Shown here: in pieces, positions 18,236 to 26,752 of the stretch
Layout of the letters: each line of letters begins with the position of its first letter
Position numbering within the stretch: the stretch's first letter is position 1
Virus record (IMG/VR): IMGVR_UViG_3300046810_000041
Span: 1-64,000 of that record
Source of the DNA: a virus
Lineage: Duplodnaviria > Heunggongvirae > Uroviricota > Caudoviricetes
Length of the DNA: 64,000 bases
Reading direction: 5' to 3' (one strand)
Translations under genes and position numbers: made by a program
The notes under the pieces: model-generated
Seen by the model: the letters and a program-made list of their open reading frames with translations, nothing else
What the model was told of the DNA's origin: nothing
Databases searched by the model: none

Positions 18236-18777
18236 TGAACAAGCTTGAACACCTGAAATCCATCGCTTTCTCCCCGATCTACAACTATGCTGGTATTCCT
18301 GGGCTGACAAGTTCTCTGATCACTCCGGCAACTGAGCATGGTTTGATTCGTATGTTTCACTCGGAACGCGAGCATCACGAAGTACTGATCCCTCATTCGC
18401 ATCGCTATGACTTCCGTTGTGAAGTTCTGCAAGGTCAGGTCGATAACACGATCTGGTATGAGTATGATCGTGGTACTGAAATCGATATGTTCCGTATCAC
18501 CAAGCTGGAATATGGCAAAGAGCCTGGTGATTACAAGCGTGGTATCGAGCGTTATGCAATGATGCAATTCGAGACCAGTCACTACGGTGAAGGCGATACT
18601 TATTCGATGACCTCGAATGAGATTCATAGCATCAAATTCAGAAGAGATACTTATGTGCTCTTCTATGAAGGCCCTAAGGTCAGTGACACTTCAGTGATCA
18701 TTGAGCCTGTGGTTCGTGGTAAAGCAGTACCGACCTTTAAAGTGGAAGATTGGATGTTTGCAAAGGAGTGGAATTAA
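18236..18777 (+). CDS. Hypothetical protein with His cluster (IPHSHRYDF), possibly cupin-like
   Basis: ORF trimmed to the ATG at 18236, which has the GAGAATACAATG context and follows the upstream stop at 18227. Confidence 0.45.
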
Positions 18778-19053
18778 ATGAACCGTGGAACCTCAAAGCA
18801 ACTGGTAGATACTCCGCGTGATGCTCTGGAACGCATCCTCCAGTTGTGCAATAATAGCAGTCAATATACCCGTCGTACGAGCTTCATCCATGAAATTGCA
18901 ATGCAAGGTCTGGGTATGACTGAATCTCAACGTAGCGTAAGGCATGAACGCTGTGAAGAGAAAAGGACTCGTCTTCTGGAGCTGCTGGAGACGAATACGC
19001 GAGGTGAAGCTCGTAAAATCATGCAGGGAGAGTTTGGTCATAACGTAGAATAA
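18778..19053 (+). CDS. Hypothetical protein (91 aa)
   Basis: ORF whose ATG overlaps the upstream TAA (TAAATG). Confidence 0.45.
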   Translation: MNRGTSKQLVDTPRDALERILQLCNNSSQYTRRTSFIHEIAMQGLGMTESQRSVRHERCEEKRTRLLELLETNTRGEARKIMQGEFGHNVE

Positions 19054-19139
19054 TCGTTAAAAGAGCGGTTATAAGGGTATCTTATATGAAGAATGTAAGA
19101 TATCCTTCAATCATTGTGTAGAATATACTGGAATAAATA

Positions 19140-19307
19140 ATGGCAATTAGCAAACCTGTAGCAGTATTACGCGGAATTCCCAAACCCTACAACAAGCTGA
19201 CGCGTGAGGAAAAGGACTATCAGTTCCGACTCAAGCAGATGTCTGATGGGCTCAAGAAAGAAGCGCATGATAACAACCTTCATGTGAAGGATGCTCATCA
19301 TGTTTAA
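19140..19307 (+). CDS. Small hypothetical protein (55 aa)
   Basis: Short ORF preceding and overlapping the ligase start. Confidence 0.25.
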   Translation: MAISKPVAVLRGIPKPYNKLTREEKDYQFRLKQMSDGLKKEAHDNNLHVKDAHHV

Positions 19308-20226
19308 GCCATTGCTCGCACCACGTGATTGTCCAGAAACGAAGCCAGGGTTCTTTGATAAGCTCCCATGGCCTTTAGTGGCATCGCCGAAATACGACGG
19401 CATCCGAGCGCTACCGAAAGATGGTAGTGTGAAGTCGAGAACATTCAAGGACCTGCCTTCCTGGCAAGTTCAAGAGCTGTTCAGCCCATATCAGAATCTC
19501 GATGGTGAGATCATGGTTGGTAGCCCCACAGACTTTGATGTGTACAATCGTACTCAGAGTCATGTGATGTCTTTCGATAAGCCCGCTGAATCGATCAATA
19601 TGTTCGCATTCGACTGGACTGACGAAAGAGCTGCAAATATTCCGTTTAAGGAACGCAGCGAAGAGACGAAGCGTATGGTACATGCGTTTCAAACGAAGGA
19701 CATCGAGAAGGGCTTGAAGCCTAACTTGATCTATGTACCGCATGAAATCATCCCGGATTACCCGACTTTGGTTCTGTATGAGAACGCAATTGTAAGTCAA
19801 GGGTTCGAAGGAATCATGATGCGTGGTTTGAATGGCCGCTACAAGCATGGCCGCGCCACGTACAACGAAGGGATCATTTACAAGCTTAAGCGATTCCAGG
19901 AAGATGAAGGTCAAGTAGTTGACTTCGTCGAAGCAATGATTAATGATAACCCAGAAGAAGTTGATGAGCTGGGTTACATCAAGCGTTCTACTCATCAGGA
20001 AAACATGATCCCAGCTGGTCGTGTTGGTAAGTTTATTGTGCGGTTCCAAGGGCAAGACATCAATGTCGCACCCGGTAACTTCACCCATGCAGAACTGATT
20101 CACATCTGGAATAATCGTAGCAAGTATCTCGGAAGATGGCTTAAATTCCGACACTTCGCCCACGGTGTGAAAGACCTGCCGCGTCACCCACGTGCAATGG
20201 GTTGGCGTGATCCAATGGACATGTAA
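19291..20226 (+). CDS. ATP-dependent DNA ligase
   Basis: Adenylation motif I KYDGIRA (KxDGxR), plus a downstream FEGIMMRG...YKHGRATY...IYKLK block as in T7 ligase. Confidence 0.8.
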   Translation: MLIMFKPLLAPRDCPETKPGFFDKLPWPLVASPKYDGIRALPKDGSVKSRTFKDLPSWQVQELFSPYQNLDGEIMVGSPTDFDVYNRTQSHVMSFDKPAESINMFAFDWTDERAANIPFKERSEETKRMVHAFQTKDIEKGLKPNLIYVPHEIIPDYPTLVLYENAIVSQGFEGIMMRGLNGRYKHGRATYNEGIIYKLKRFQEDEGQVVDFVEAMINDNPEEVDELGYIKRSTHQENMIPAGRVGKFIVRFQGQDINVAPGNFTHAELIHIWNNRSKYLGRWLKFRHFAHGVKDLPRHPRAMGWRDPMDM

Positions 20227-20326
20227 GGCTAATATGAATGAATATCCTTTCATAGCTGCTATTTTAGTAGCATTCATAGCAGGAGTCCGTGTGGGCTACC
20301 TGTTGGCTAAATAATACAGGAATACA

Positions 20327-20620
20327 ATGAACAGTTTGGAAATGCTGTTGGCCCAAGGCGCTGAAGAAGGTAGCGAGTTTGCACAAGCATGTGTGAAGAT
20401 TCTTCGCTTCGGTCCTGATTCTACCTTTCAAGGTGAATCTAATCTCATGCAACTTCGCAAGGAGTTCATTGATGTGTTGGGCGTAGCAAGTCTGTTGCAA
20501 GATGAAGGCCTTCTGCCGAGGATGAATGACCCTGAAGTAGCATTCGGCGTTCAAGCTAAGCGCGAGAAGGTGAAACGTTACATGGATGTGTCCGAGCAGT
20601 TGGGCACCCTGCAGCGTTAA
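20327..20620 (+). CDS. Hypothetical protein (97 aa)
   Basis: ORF with the AGGAATACAATG start context. Confidence 0.45.
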   Translation: MNSLEMLLAQGAEEGSEFAQACVKILRFGPDSTFQGESNLMQLRKEFIDVLGVASLLQDEGLLPRMNDPEVAFGVQAKREKVKRYMDVSEQLGTLQR

Positions 20621-20657
20621 TAGTAGTACATTCAAATATACTGATAGAAAGCATACA

Positions 20658-21497
20658 ATGAACCACGCAATCGAAACCGCAAAACTGAATCAAGTCCTGG
20701 CAACCTTCTTCGGTGTTCCCGAGCACAAGTGGCTGGCAGGTCCTGAAGGTGTGTGGGTTGAGACTCTCAAGCAGGAAATGGCTGAACTCGGCCTGATGCT
20801 GGCAGGTGGCACCATCACCAGTATCTTCACTGGCAAGCACGTCAACGACCTGGACTTCTACATCAAGGACGAGCGTGACCTCAAGAAGGCTCAAGACTTC
20901 TTCCTGCGTGTGTTCCACAACGGGAAGGACATGCCGTATATCTCCCGTAATGCGGCTACCTACAAGCGCAAGTCGGACAAGTCGGCAAAGGTCTGGACGA
21001 TTCAGCTGATCAGCCGTTTCACTGGCAACCCATGGCAGATCATGGGCTGGTTCGATTTCACCATCACCCAAGGTGTGTATGACTTTGGTGCTCGTTGGGA
21101 AATCATCGATGAAAGGAAAGTATTCATCGGAGACTTCTTCTTTGGTGACCGTTTCTTCCAGGACATTGGTAAGCGCAAGCTGGTTTACCTGGGCTCCTCG
21201 AAATATCCGATCTGCGCAATGCATCGGACCAAGAAGTACATTGCCAGGGGTTATGATTGCCCTGGTAGCACTATCATGCACATCGCTCTGTCAATCGTGC
21301 AACTGAAGATCGAGAACTATGGGCAGCTGAAAGATCAGCTCATGGGCATCGATACTTCTTATCTCCAGAACCTGCTGGGTGAAGATCGTTACAACGATGC
21401 TCTCCCGGTTGACTATGGTACTTTCCTCCAGGAAGCTCTGGATTCGATCAACGGCTTCGCTTATGAAGATCACATCGAGGAAGATGGCTCACTGTAA
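20658..21497 (+). CDS. Nucleotidyltransferase-fold protein (Pol-beta superfamily)
   Basis: GGTITSIFTGKHVNDLDFYI fits the minimal nucleotidyltransferase signature G[GS]x(9-13)DhD. Start trimmed to the ATG with the CATACAATG context. Confidence 0.5.
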   Translation: MNHAIETAKLNQVLATFFGVPEHKWLAGPEGVWVETLKQEMAELGLMLAGGTITSIFTGKHVNDLDFYIKDERDLKKAQDFFLRVFHNGKDMPYISRNAATYKRKSDKSAKVWTIQLISRFTGNPWQIMGWFDFTITQGVYDFGARWEIIDERKVFIGDFFFGDRFFQDIGKRKLVYLGSSKYPICAMHRTKKYIARGYDCPGSTIMHIALSIVQLKIENYGQLKDQLMGIDTSYLQNLLGEDRYNDALPVDYGTFLQEALDSINGFAYEDHIEEDGSL

Positions 21498-21676
21498 TCA
21501 AGCAAGAGTCAAAGGTCGGGAGTTGTTTGACGATGTGGAGTTGCTTAATCTCTCCAATAAGTTTGCAACACCCGACGTTGAAGCACCATCAGCACACCGT
21601 ATTAAGATGACTAAACGGGATTTGGTGGCATACACACATGCAGTAATTGTAGAAACTTTAAATAGGATAAACCGAA

Positions 21677-22015
21677 ATGAGCAACCAAGCACAAGTACTC
21701 AAGATTCAAGCAGCAGACCGCACCAAGACCTTTCATTCCCGCGTGGAAGCGAAACGTCGCAGCAACGAGGACATCATTCAGGAGTTGATGCAACACTCCA
21801 AGTTTGGTGGACTGGCTCAAGCGTTCGTGATGGCAGGTCTGCGGGTGTATGCAGAATCGATCGCCTCGACGGAGCGTCCGGAAGCACAGCCGAATGCAGT
21901 AATCGATCCGGCTTTGTGGCACGACATCGCGACCGACACTTTCGAGCGTTTGGAAATGATGTATAAGCAGAACAATGAAGTAGTTGTATCGAGCATCATC
22001 GATCTGGCGGCCTAA
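21677..22015 (+). CDS. Hypothetical protein (112 aa)
   Basis: ORF with the ATAAACCGAAATG start context. Confidence 0.5.
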   Translation: MSNQAQVLKIQAADRTKTFHSRVEAKRRSNEDIIQELMQHSKFGGLAQAFVMAGLRVYAESIASTERPEAQPNAVIDPALWHDIATDTFERLEMMYKQNNEVVVSSIIDLAA

Positions 22016-22083
22016 GTCAGACGATTGCAGTAAGTGGCCTAATAAGCCCACATTCTAATATTACACCAAGAGGAATATTTATC

Positions 22084-22395
22084 ATGACGAAGAAAATCAA
22101 AGACTTAGCAATTCTGGACTTGGCAAATCTGCCGAACGCTCTCAAGACTGTCTACGTTGATCATAACAACGTGATTGTCAAGGTGAACCGCAGCAAAGAT
22201 CTGTTGAAGTCCGCTGCTACTTGTTTGATGCATATGCAAACGAACCAGTATGGCGCAAAATACGCAGAGATTCTTGATGCGGATACTGAGAAGCGTTATG
22301 CGATGATCAAACGTCCGATTCGCGGTGAACTTAAGGTCGAGTACGATTGGGACCCTGAGCAAACCGTGTATGGCGTCAGTGTGTTGTTGAAGTAG
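22084..22395 (+). CDS. Hypothetical protein (103 aa)
   Basis: ORF in the co-directional string. Confidence 0.45.
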   Translation: MTKKIKDLAILDLANLPNALKTVYVDHNNVIVKVNRSKDLLKSAATCLMHMQTNQYGAKYAEILDADTEKRYAMIKRPIRGELKVEYDWDPEQTVYGVSVLLK

Positions 22396-22460
22396 TAGTA
22401 GAAGTAGCCCGGAGCCTCAAAACTCCGGGTTTCACCATGTAATCTTAACTCCACGTTATA

Positions 22461-23297
22461 ATGAAAAATAAACCGCTCGTGATTTACCATGCAAGTTGCC
22501 TCGATGGTTTTGGTGCTGCATTCGCATTCTGGAAGGTGTTCGGCAAGAACGCTGATTATCATCCGGGTGTGTATGGAGACCCTTGCCCCGATGTAACTGA
22601 TCGTGATGTTTATATGTTAGACTTCGGCTACAAGCGTAATGTGGTTGAAGGCATGGTTAAGTTTGCCAAGAGTGTAACGCTGATCGATCACCATGTGACA
22701 ACGATTAATGCTCTGGCAGACGTTGATGGTATCGACCGCTATACCGATATTCATCAATCGGGTGCTGTTTTGGCCTGGAAGTACGCACAAGATGTTCTGT
22801 TCCTGGATGCTGAGATTCCGCAACTGATCAAGCATATTCAGGATCGTGACCTCTGGAATTTCGAATTACCTTTTACGAAGGAAGTTATCGCTGGTTTGTC
22901 CAGTTATGATTTCAACTTCATGGATTGGGATTCGATCATCTACGAAGTGGGTAATGAATTCCTGATCCAGGAAGGCAACACTATTCTCCGCTACCACAAG
23001 AAGAATCTGTTGCAAGTACTCGAAGAATGCACTCGCGAAATGTTCATCGTGGGTGAGCCTGTACCCTGCGCCTCTGTGCCATATTTCATGGCCTCAGATG
23101 CAGGTGAAATTCTGAATAAAGGCAAACCGTTCTCTGCAACGTATTATGACACCGACAAGCATCGTGTGTTCAGTCTTCGTTCTGAGAAAGGTAAGGGTTG
23201 GGATGTGTCTGCAGTTGCTGCTCAATACGGCGGCGGTGGTCACAAGCATGCAGCAGGGTTCATGGTAACCCGTCAGCATCACCTGGCTAAAGTCTAA
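22461..23297 (+). CDS. DHH-family phosphoesterase (NrnA/RecJ-like core)
   Basis: The four DHH-family motifs are present: YHASCLDGFGAA, LDFGY, LIDHH and YGGGGHKHAAG (GGGH). Confidence 0.7.
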   Translation: MKNKPLVIYHASCLDGFGAAFAFWKVFGKNADYHPGVYGDPCPDVTDRDVYMLDFGYKRNVVEGMVKFAKSVTLIDHHVTTINALADVDGIDRYTDIHQSGAVLAWKYAQDVLFLDAEIPQLIKHIQDRDLWNFELPFTKEVIAGLSSYDFNFMDWDSIIYEVGNEFLIQEGNTILRYHKKNLLQVLEECTREMFIVGEPVPCASVPYFMASDAGEILNKGKPFSATYYDTDKHRVFSLRSEKGKGWDVSAVAAQYGGGGHKHAAGFMVTRQHHLAKV

Positions 23298-23310
23298 GTA
23301 GTTTCTTGGT

Positions 23311-23360
23311 GCGCTCCTTAATCGGGGCGCTTGGTGGTGTCTTCGGATGCCACCCTTTTT
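23311..23360 (+). terminator. Two tandem hairpins (gcgctcc-TTAATC-ggggcgc, then ggtggtgtc-UUCG-gatgccacc) followed by TTTTT
   Basis: Inverted repeats read directly. The second has a UUCG tetraloop and a T5 run. Lies directly after the DHH gene. Confidence 0.5.
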
Positions 23361-23387
23361 ATTCGTCAATTGTTAGGATACATTATG

Positions 23388-23606
23388 AGCACTACCAAAG
23401 AAGTCAAGTCGAAATCCCTGGGTGAACTGCAAGAAGCCTCCATCAAGGCAACTCTCCTGTTCCGCAAGGCTCAAGAAGACTTTGTCAAAGCGCAGGAAAA
23501 CCTCAAGGTCCGCCAGAACCAGCATGTTACGGCTATTCTTCAATTGAATGATGAATTCGCCAAGGTTCGCCGCGAGTGCGAGGTTGCCCCGCTGGGCAGT
23601 CTGTGA
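23388..23606 (+). CDS. Hypothetical protein (72 aa)
   Basis: ORF trimmed to the ATG that follows the terminator. Confidence 0.4.
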   Translation, partial: STTKEVKSKSLGELQEASIKATLLFRKAQEDFVKAQENLKVRQNQHVTAILQLNDEFAKVRRECEVAPLGSL

Positions 23607-23732
23607 GCCTGTGATGGGTTTCACCGACCTGTTCTTCCCGCGTGTCACCACGGACCAACCTGGTAGGCAGGTGACGGTGCGTGTGCTCAAGTCCCGGTCT
23701 GAGTTCAGCAGTCCGTACGGTCTGGTTCTCCG

Positions 23733-23753
23733 CCAACCCGTTAAATTAACCCT
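23733..23753 (+). promoter_or_regulatory. Putative phage-RNAP promoter, exact 21-mer (copy 3, tandem pair)
   Basis: Exact CCAACCCGTTAAATTAACCCT followed by GAAAGGGAACGA. It is the first of two copies 64 bp apart. Confidence 0.6.
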
Positions 23754-23796
23754 GAAAGGGAACGACGAGGAAGGTCAGCTGCGGTCTACCGCCAAT

Positions 23797-23817
23797 CCAA
23801 CCCGTTAAATTAACCCT
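23797..23817 (+). promoter_or_regulatory. Putative phage-RNAP promoter, exact 21-mer (copy 4, tandem pair)
   Basis: Exact 21-mer with the same downstream GAAAGGGAACGA. It is the second unit of a roughly 64-bp tandem duplication upstream of the gene at 24004. Confidence 0.6.
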
Positions 23818-24003
23818 GAAAGGGAACGAGGAAGTTCGGCTGGCTTGCTGTCTCCAGGACGCTATGTCTTTTGGACTTCCTCACCTGAACACGCTTTAAC
23901 CTATACTCCGTAAAACTGCGGGTTTATAGGCATCTTATATGAAGAAGGCTCATAAGAGTTGACTTCGAATTCCATTACTTTTAAATTGAAACGAGAATAC
24001 ATC

Positions 24004-24441
24004 ATGACGAACGCAACCGAAAACCAGATCATCGACAACGCAGAAGCAACCGCACCGACCGTCGCCAAGAAGAAAGGCGCTGTCGCCCTGCTGAAGAAGC
24101 GCGCACTGTTCGAAGCTCCGGATGGCACCATCTTCGAAACCCAGAAGGAAGCCACCGAGTACCTGCGCCGCCACCTGAAAGTGGATGCTGTCAATGCTGT
24201 CGCTGCACTGTTCACGGGCGTCGATGCTGAAGGCAACGAGCAGACTCTGGGCCAATTCCTGCTGTCGAACGAAGATGCAATCCGCAAGGCATACGATGCT
24301 GCCAAAGTGGAACGCGCTCCGGTCACGGAAGAAACCAAGGCCAAGATGCGTGCTGCACGCGCCAAGCTGAAAGGTGAAGTCGCTCCGGCAGACCAAACCC
24401 CGGCTGATGCAGAAACCCAAGGCGATGCTCAAGCTGAGTAA
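24004..24441 (+). CDS. Hypothetical acidic/Ala-Lys-rich protein (145 aa)
   Basis: ORF trimmed to the ATG with the GAGAATACATCATG context. Confidence 0.5.
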   Translation: MTNATENQIIDNAEATAPTVAKKKGAVALLKKRALFEAPDGTIFETQKEATEYLRRHLKVDAVNAVAALFTGVDAEGNEQTLGQFLLSNEDAIRKAYDAAKVERAPVTEETKAKMRAARAKLKGEVAPADQTPADAETQGDAQAE

Positions 24442-24820
24442 TCGCGATCTAAGGAAAGTAGTTCGACTATAGAGATACTATAGCGGATCGAAATCCTTGG
24501 ACTACCCTTTGTTGAGCTTGCACTCAACTCCCGGCCCTATATAGACCTGAAATCTGTATAGGGCCACCTTTCTAATCTAATCTTAGACGATAAATAGTTA
24601 TGATCTGGCCGTAGTGTATTGAGTACATTTGAATAGACGATAATTGGATGAGTGACGCCTTTAGGGCATTGATAAGATTAGAGTGCCAGAATGGGTCTGG
24701 TATTCGCTTTGTTAAATATAATTAATATGATTTGGCGTTAGATTAGGGGGCATCGACCGAGTGTGGAGCTAACGGGATGCCCTCATTAACTAACGTAGTA
24801 GGATTTACCTAACAGAAACC
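24442..24820 (+). repeat. Repeat-rich non-coding region: palindromes CTATAG...CTATAG and ggccctata...tatagggcc, direct repeat TAGACGATAA x2, several further hairpins
   Basis: No protein-like ORF is present. Multiple inverted and direct repeats are read directly. Confidence 0.4.
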
Positions 24821-24892
24821 GCCACAGGTAAATCTACAGTAGCTCTTTATTGAGTTGCCGTAGATTTACCTGTGGCCTTTTTTTTTTTTTTT
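24821..24892 (+). terminator. Strong intrinsic terminator: perfect 17-bp stem (gccacaggtaaatctac/gtagatttacctgtggc) followed by T15
   Basis: Perfect inverted repeat with a T-tract immediately after it. It closes the replication module. Confidence 0.7.
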
Positions 24893-24915
24893 CGTTCCCT
24901 TTGTAAATAGCTGAG

Positions 24916-25182
24916 ATGAATACACCGCAACCTATCCCTGCAATCGCTTCGGAAGCAGAAACCTACGATAGTGAATTTCTGCTCAATCGTGCAACTATGA
25001 TGAAACGCCGTAAAGGTTTCATTAGTGGTACCAAGATTAAGAATCCAGATGGCTCTTATACAGTCACCTGGGTTCCAGCATCACCTGCAATTAAGGTTGG
25101 TGGTAGTAAGAAGAGGATTCGTCCTCGGATCAGTAGTAATGCAGTTCGTAATACCTTCTCACCTGGTGCAAGCCAGCTGTAA
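24916..25182 (+). CDS. Hypothetical protein (88 aa), first gene of the AT-rich island
   Basis: ORF. Confidence 0.4.
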   Translation: MNTPQPIPAIASEAETYDSEFLLNRATMMKRRKGFISGTKIKNPDGSYTVTWVPASPAIKVGGSKKRIRPRISSNAVRNTFSPGASQL

Positions 25183-25187
25183 CACCT

Positions 25188-25209
25188 AGCGTCCCTTAAT
25201 TGGGGCGCT
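25188..25209 (+). promoter_or_regulatory. Hairpin agcgtccc-TTAATT-ggggcgct carrying the exact palindrome CCCTTAATTGGG
   Basis: The same 12-mer occurs in the loop of the 28832-28901 hairpin, with variants at 23316 and 78-89. Confidence 0.4.
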
Positions 25210-25226
25210 TAATTATTGAGGATGTA

Positions 25227-25424
25227 ATGCTTCCTATTAACGAAGTAAAGAAGTTTGAGTATAAGGGTGAGTTGTTTGACACTTATGCTGAAGCTGAAAG
25301 AGCAAAATACGTGGATGAAATTGAAACGTATCTTGGCCGGGAATGCAATCTTGAATCCTGGCAACTAGAAGGCGTGTTAGAGGCACTCTTAAAACAGTAC
25401 GATATCACGCTTAAGACTAAATAA
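25227..25424 (+). CDS. Hypothetical protein (65 aa)
   Basis: ORF trimmed to the ATG after the hairpin. Confidence 0.35.
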   Translation: MLPINEVKKFEYKGELFDTYAEAERAKYVDEIETYLGRECNLESWQLEGVLEALLKQYDITLKTK

Positions 25425-25439
25425 TCTTTAGGATAAATC

Positions 25440-25946
25440 ATGGAACACAACCAGCAACCGAAGCCTACGAACCACACCTCGCCAGTAACTTACAATCTCC
25501 GCCGTGAAGAACGTCACATGGTTGATATGATTGCTCAGGCGCAAGGGACTCCAGGTGGGCCATCGGGCAGTAAATCCCAAGTAGTAAGGGATGCTATTCG
25601 CTTCTATGCCATCGCGCATGACCAGCAAGCCCAAGGTCATCGTATGGTGTTCATCGGTGCAGACGGTAAGACAACGGAGATCAGTGAACTCTGGCACAAG
25701 CCAATCAGTAGTATGGCTGCTCCTGGATTCCCTCCCGCTCCAATCCCTGCTGTGGCGAATCAAGATGTACCCGCTGTACCTGCTGTGGTAGCACCTGCAA
25801 CTGCAGTAACGAGGGCTCCTGATGATGTTCAAGCATTGCTCAAGGCGATGTTGACGATCAACAAGGATCCTGGGTTTGAAACCATGGTTAACTCCATGGG
25901 TGTGGAAGTTCTCATCAACATCGGTAAGCAACTGCTGAATAAGTAA
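25440..25946 (+). CDS. Hypothetical protein, possible ribbon-helix-helix DNA-binding regulator
   Basis: KSQVVRDAIRFYAIAH resembles RHH/Arc-MetJ-type strand-helix segments. Weak evidence. Confidence 0.4.
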   Translation: MEHNQQPKPTNHTSPVTYNLRREERHMVDMIAQAQGTPGGPSGSKSQVVRDAIRFYAIAHDQQAQGHRMVFIGADGKTTEISELWHKPISSMAAPGFPPAPIPAVANQDVPAVPAVVAPATAVTRAPDDVQALLKAMLTINKDPGFETMVNSMGVEVLINIGKQLLNK

Positions 25947-25957
25947 TAGGATATAAA

Positions 25958-26752
25958 ATGGAACACAAGGAATATCGCCTCGTCTGCAACAATCGTCGTT
26001 ATATCATCAAGCTGGATCCTACCAAAGTTCTGGAAACGACTTCGGTAACGACTGATAGCTCAAGTAAGATGTCTCTGTCTTACTTCGGTCTGAACGGCAG
26101 TGTCACCAGCTCGTTCTCGACTAACGACGAGGAGAGCAAGAAAAGCGTCACGGCATTCTTGTGGCGTGAGTTGGCTCGTATGCATCATCGCGAGTTGGGT
26201 GAACGTCAGCCGGAACCTCCGCGTGTCGTTGGTATCCGCACCTTAACGAATACACGTCCTCGCCCGAATCCGAATGGTGGCCGTGCTTACGCACAAGCTA
26301 TTCTGGACAATGGTGGTTTGGAAGGTATGGCCAAGCTTGCTCACCAGGCTTTTGAGTTGCGCATCAAACAGCTGGAGCAAGAATTGGCTGAGAAGGATGA
26401 GCGTCTCAACAACGCAATGGCTGCAATTGATTCCCGCGATGTAACTATCCGGGCTCAACGTGCAGAGAACATGCGTCTGCAGCATGAGTACCGCGCTCAG
26501 GCCTTCAATGAAGTGAAGAAGGAATTTGAAGAGCGTGAGAAGAAGCTGCATGCATCGGTTGATACGTGCCACCAGAAGGTTCGTATGTTTGATGAAGCTT
26601 GCAAGCGTGCTATCCTGGGCTCCCGTGGTTTGGTTATCATCGATACCAGTGAACAGGCCGATGAAGAAACCAAGATCGGTAATGCCGGGACGGTCGCTGA
26701 AGTGCAAGATCGTCTGCTGCAAGCCTGCAATCGTCGTATGGGAGAATTCTGA
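25958..26752 (+). CDS. Hypothetical coiled-coil protein (264 aa)
   Basis: ORF with a long heptad-like region LRIKQLEQELAEKDERLNNAMAA... Confidence 0.5.
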   Translation: MEHKEYRLVCNNRRYIIKLDPTKVLETTSVTTDSSSKMSLSYFGLNGSVTSSFSTNDEESKKSVTAFLWRELARMHHRELGERQPEPPRVVGIRTLTNTRPRPNPNGGRAYAQAILDNGGLEGMAKLAHQAFELRIKQLEQELAEKDERLNNAMAAIDSRDVTIRAQRAENMRLQHEYRAQAFNEVKKEFEEREKKLHASVDTCHQKVRMFDEACKRAILGSRGLVIIDTSEQADEETKIGNAGTVAEVQDRLLQACNRRMGEF

